Shown: positions 36,896-40,297 of the stretch, one piece after another
How positions within the stretch are numbered: the first letter of the stretch is position 1
How the letters are laid out: the number at the start of each line of letters is the position of its first letter
Assembly: GCA_031411675.1 (NCBI GenBank)
Contig: JANOBN010000398.1
Location: 1-40,297 of the forward strand
DNA: 40,297 nucleotides
Source: Bacteroidota bacterium
GTDB lineage: Bacteria > Bacteroidota > Bacteroidia > AKYH767-A > OLB10
Direction of reading: 5' to 3'
Translations under genes and position numbers: made by a program
Notes under the pieces: generated by a model
Told to the model about the DNA's origin: nothing
Databases searched by the model: none
Seen by the model: the letters and a program-made list of their open reading frames with translations, nothing else

Positions 36896-36903
36896 CCCCC
36901 CCC
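36896..36903 (+). repeat. poly-C(8) homopolymer tract in the upstream region of the Kelch/T9SS gene
   Basis: tttctCCCCCCCCttttatg was counted directly from the sequence. It lies 83 nt upstream of ATG 36986 in otherwise AT-rich DNA. Confidence 0.9.
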
Positions 36904-36985
36904 TTTTATGTAGGAGGAATCATTAATGATGGGTGCGAATTTTACATGGTTAATTAAAATTAATCACATTAATCAAAAAATCAAA

Positions 36986-38218
36986 ATGAAAAAAAGACTA
37001 CTTCTGCTCATTGCAATGCTTTGTGTTACAGCAATGTCATTCGCTCAATTGTTCACTCAAAAAAGTGATTTCATTGAACCACGTCATCGCGCATTTTCTT
37101 TTATCCTGAATAACAAATTAATTACAGGAACCGGAAGAGATGCAAACAATGTGATGAATAATAATGTTTGGGAATATGACATTGTCACGCAACAATGGAA
37201 TCCGTTAAACGATTTTCCAACAGTTCCCGTTCGCAATTGCATCTCCATGGTAATTAATGATACTGCTTATGCTGGTTTTGGTCGTGACGACTTTAATGGA
37301 ATTGGTTGGTATCAATATGATGCAATTAATGATAGTTGGATTCAAAAAAATAGTGTGTGTGATGCGGGTCAGTTCTCGGGAACATTTTCGTTGAATGGAA
37401 AAGGGTATGCAGTCTGTGGTTCGGGAGGAGTGGCAGAGCACAATCAATTATGGGAATACAACCCTGCAACTGATGCATGGTTACAAAAAGCAAACTTTCC
37501 GGGAGCAGCGCGCGATTTTCCTTTTGCTGATACAGTTGGTGGATTTGCGTATGCAGGTTTGGGGGATTTCTTTTTTGCTCCACCATTTTTTTCTGATATG
37601 TACAAGTACGATGCTGTTACTGATGTATGGACTGCTATTGCGCCCATTCCTGTTTCATCAACTGGAGCAATTGCAGAAGGTGGTTGTTCATTCAGTGCAT
37701 CGTATAATGGAAAATTAATTATTATGAGCTTGGATGGAATTACTACATCCAACTTGTCTGACTACAATACCATTTATGTTTACGACCCGCCAACAGATAG
37801 TTGGACATTGTATGAAAATGCAAACCCTGTTGGCTCACGAGGCACACCGCTTAAAGGACAAAATGGAAGCAAAGCATATTTTGGCTCGGGTGATGATTTC
37901 CTAAACGGAATTCAACAAGACTTTTGGGAGATAGATTTAGCCTCATTGCTCACAGGGCTTAGTGAACAAAATCCGGGGTTGGAAAACATCATAGTGTATG
38001 CTGCCAATAAAATAATTTATGCTAACTTACCTGCGGAAGTTTTTAATTATAGAAATTTAAGTCTGGAACTTTATACTGTTGATGGAAAATTAATTGCTAC
38101 ACATAGTTTGAAAGGCATACGCTCAATTGATGTTTCAAAACTAGCTACAGGCAATTATGTGTATTTGGTAAAATCAGACAATAGAAATTTGAAATCAGGA
38201 AAACTATATCTTAACTAA
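36986..38218 (+). CDS. secreted Kelch-repeat beta-propeller protein with T9SS C-terminal sorting domain
   Basis: Signal peptide MKKRLLLLIAMLCVTAMSFAQ starts from ATG 36986. Repeated Kelch-like units carry W.(Y/E)(D/N)P..D.W motifs. The C-terminal ~80 aa (IIVYANKIIYANL...GNYVYLVKSDNRNLKSGKLYLN) fit the type-A CTD pattern. The listed start 36926 would place 20 aa ahead of the signal peptide. Confidence 0.8.
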   Translation: MKKRLLLLIAMLCVTAMSFAQLFTQKSDFIEPRHRAFSFILNNKLITGTGRDANNVMNNNVWEYDIVTQQWNPLNDFPTVPVRNCISMVINDTAYAGFGRDDFNGIGWYQYDAINDSWIQKNSVCDAGQFSGTFSLNGKGYAVCGSGGVAEHNQLWEYNPATDAWLQKANFPGAARDFPFADTVGGFAYAGLGDFFFAPPFFSDMYKYDAVTDVWTAIAPIPVSSTGAIAEGGCSFSASYNGKLIIMSLDGITTSNLSDYNTIYVYDPPTDSWTLYENANPVGSRGTPLKGQNGSKAYFGSGDDFLNGIQQDFWEIDLASLLTGLSEQNPGLENIIVYAANKIIYANLPAEVFNYRNLSLELYTVDGKLIATHSLKGIRSIDVSKLATGNYVYLVKSDNRNLKSGKLYLN

Positions 38219-38310
38219 TTAATAATTAAACCTAAATAGTTCTTTCGTAAACAATTTAAACATAACAAAATGCAAAACAGAAAATTGTTAGCATACCGCT
38301 GGTAAAAAAT

Positions 38311-38844
38311 ATGCTGGTGGCAAGCGCACTTGCCTGCACAGTTTTAACATCGTGCAAGAAGGAATCAATTACTGACATTGCAACAGAACAAACTTCTTAT
38401 GATGAACAACAAAGAAATTGACAACCATGCAAAATAACCTATGCCGAAGATTATTTTGGAAATGCCTATCTAGTAGTTTATAAAGGTAATGGCAACCCTG
38501 ACACCATTTATGTGGGATTGCATTACTTTTATTTTTTTAAATTGTTCTCGAAATATAACCCTGTTAATTATACACTGAATGATGATACTAATATTTACAA
38601 CATTTATTCTGTTTATACCTACAACAATAACTTTGCTATCATAAATGAAATGCAAAGTTCTGACCAGGCTACAAGAACCAATACATTTACATTGTATAAG
38701 TTTGCCGGCTCCACTTGCGATGCTGCCCCAAGAATTGCCACTCCCAACATGAGTGTAAATTCAAAATTAAAAAGCGGGAAACAAACCTGGCTTGTTAAAT
38801 TCGAGTCATTAGGACACTCAATGAATTATTTTGATAAGTTATAA
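38311..38844 (+). pseudogene. lipoprotein gene interrupted by an in-frame TGA (probable pseudogene)
   Basis: Frame 1 reads MLVASALACTVLTSCKKESITDIATEQTSYDEQQRN-TGA(38419-38421)-QPCKITYAEDYFGNAYLVVYKGNGNPDTIYVGLHYFYFF...DKL with no other stop. Only the 3' part (38512-38844) is in the ORF track. An out-of-frame ATG at 38270 (MQNRKLLAYRW*) looks like the original basic n-region, which suggests an additional frameshift. Confidence 0.5.
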
Positions 38845-38885
38845 ACGCTATCTTTAAAAATCCATTTTGAAATGAAAAGGTGTAT

Positions 38886-40297
38886 ATGATAATATCAAAC
38901 ATAACGCATAATTATAGAAGAAGTAAAAAGGCACTTTATGCTTTCTTACTTCTTCTGTTTTTGTACAACATTTCTTTTGCGCAATCTCTATTATCAATAG
39001 ACTCAATGGGTTATTACCTAACCCAATTGAATAATAAGCGGGTACATGACAGTATTTTAGTTACTAAGGCAATGACGATAATTGATGCTAAAATCTTAAA
39101 TGATAAACAGTTTTCTAAGGCCGATTCTATCGTTGAACATTACAAAAATAAATTAGGAATTGAATATTATTACGCTTTTAGATATGATTTGAATTTTGGA
39201 TTAGTAATAGCTAACAATCATAAAAAGGCTTATGAGCACTTTACAAAAGACATTACATATCTAAAAGCATCCAACAATAAATATCTGCATTATTTGCTTG
39301 CACATAATTTTATGCAACTCAGAGTTCCAATCCGAAACAGCGATAAAATATATGAAGGCATTAGGCATTATCTGCAATGGATTGATGAATATGAACAAAA
39401 AAATGATTCCGTAATTGTTGCCACACTTTATCATGGATTAAGAAGTTTTTATAGTACATTAGGTTTGATGGAAAAATCCTATGATACGCACAAAAAATGT
39501 ATTCAATTTTTGCCTAAGAAGGAGTTCATTCCTATTAAGTATTGGGTAGATTTTCAACCAACGCAAACTGGATTGGAAGCCCTGTATTCTCAAAAATGGA
39601 TAATGGGAAGTGTATACCTCTATGATGGACTGTTGGATAAGGCGGCTGCCGTATTGTATGAATTAAAGGATGAATATGAGAACAATAATCAAACGGCTAA
39701 CCGAATTCCTTTCCCTCAATTATATATGGAGCTGTACAGTTATCAAAGTGTAACACGTAATGATAGCATCGTATATTATCGGAAGAAATGCGAACAGGAA
39801 TTCAGCAAAGCAGAAACAAGCCCGATTTTATATATGCATTTTTATCAGGGACTGGCAAATGATTTTTACCTTGATAAGCAATTAGACTCAGCAGAGTTTT
39901 ATATTAAAAAATCTATTTTTATTCAGGATAGCATGCAATTGGGGGTTAGTAATGATTATGGCACATTATTAACAGGGTATTATTACTCGATAATAAAAGT
40001 AGAACAAAAAAAGTTTAAAGAAGTGATTCCTCTTCTTACTAAGGAAATTGAACAACTGGTTCAATCAAATCAAAGAATAGCTGTGTTGCAGGAATACGAG
40101 GTGCTTGCTAATGCATATAAAGCAATAGGAGATTATAAAAATGCAACCATAGTTTTGGAAAATTATAAGAACCTGAAAAATGAAATTACTAATGATGAAA
40201 TAAAGAGTCGTTCTGTAAGTTTTGAAATTGAGCAAAGTATTTTGCAACAGAAAAGGAAAACGGAAGAACTTTCTCAGGAAAACGAAAAAAATAAAAA
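38886..40297 (+). CDS. 3'-truncated TPR-like repeat protein, probable periplasmic sensor portion of a histidine kinase
   Basis: This ORF is absent from the supplied track. I translated it by hand from ATG 38886, and it stays open for 470 codons to the window edge. It has an N-terminal signal/anchor (ALYAFLLLLFLYNISFAQ), helical-repeat content with Y/L/A periodicity, and ends in a coiled-coil-like stretch (SILQQKRKTEELSQENEKNK). That stretch usually precedes the TM and HisKA_3 module in Bacteroidota TPR sensor kinases. Confidence 0.6.
   Translation, partial: MIISNITHNYRRSKKALYAFLLLLFLYNISFAQSLLSIDSMGYYLTQLNNKRVHDSILVTKAMTIIDAKILNDKQFSKADSIVEHYKNKLGIEYYYAFRYDLNFGLVIANNHKKAYEHFTKDITYLKASNNKYLHYLLAHNFMQLRVPIRNSDKIYEGIRHYLQWIDEYEQKNDSVIVATLYHGLRSFYSTLGLMEKSYDTHKKCIQFLPKKEFIPIKYWVDFQPTQTGLEALYSQKWIMGSVYLYDGLLDKAAAVLYELKDEYENNNQTANRIPFPQLYMELYSYQSVTRNDSIVYYRKKCEQEFSKAETSPILYMHFYQGLANDFYLDKQLDSAEFYIKKSIFIQDSMQLGVSNDYGTLLTGYYYSIIKVEQKKFKEVIPLLTKEIEQLVQSNQRIAVLQEYEVLANAYKAIGDYKNATIVLENYKNLKNEITNDEIKSRSVSFEIEQSILQQKRKTEELSQENEKNK

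Noticed and set aside
38419-38421. Selenocysteine (UxxC) recoding of the in-frame TGA.
   Set aside because: I can fold no convincing SECIS-like GC-rich hairpin in the ~50 nt downstream; only a weak AT stem forms. TGA is used as a normal stop by many genes in the window, and no sel genes are present here. I retained it only as a low-probability alternative in a finding.

Overview
This is a Bacteroidota-type chromosomal window. The evidence is T9SS C-terminal sorting domains, a PorP/SprF gene, TAnnTTTG -7 promoter boxes, and A-rich leaders without Shine-Dalgarno sites. TGA, TAA and TAG all act as stops. Layout: (i) 1-4.7 kb holds a 5'-truncated T9SS-sorted propeller/PKD protein, two thioredoxin-fold genes, 3-hydroxyanthranilate dioxygenase, a small hypothetical gene and an SDR. 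(ii) 4.75-5.4 kb is a cluster of structured, palindrome-rich intergenic repeats. (iii) 5.4-8.4 kb holds a PfkB-type sugar kinase, scpA and a UPF0104-type membrane protein. (iv) 8.6-29.2 kb is a long same-strand Wzx/Wzy-type polysaccharide locus: Wza-like, Wzc-like, flippase, polymerase, four GT-B glycosyltransferases, an acetyltransferase, a methyltransferase, an unusual kinase / nucleotidyltransferase-kinase pair, and a WecA/MraY-family initiating transferase. A T9SS type-B cargo gene and a PorP/SprF-OmpA gene are embedded in it by ATGA start/stop overlaps. (v) An M28 peptidase is followed by an inverted second copy of the ~305-bp repeat. (vi) 31.2-35.6 kb is the most novel-looking part, a metal-handling island. 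It has an HMA-domain AraC regulator and three promoters sharing a direct-repeat operator. These drive an esterase plus OM protein, a 54-aa peptide with 12 Cys in six CxC pairs (metallothionein-like), and a signal-less multicopper oxidase. (vii) 36.2-40.3 kb holds a LuxR-type response regulator, a Kelch/T9SS protein, a lipoprotein gene broken by an in-frame TGA, and a >470-aa open-ended ORF absent from the supplied track (38886 to window end, TPR-type sensor N-terminus). I recognised no rRNA, tRNA, CRISPR array, transposase or integrase. All calls rest on motif recognition by eye; no database search was possible.
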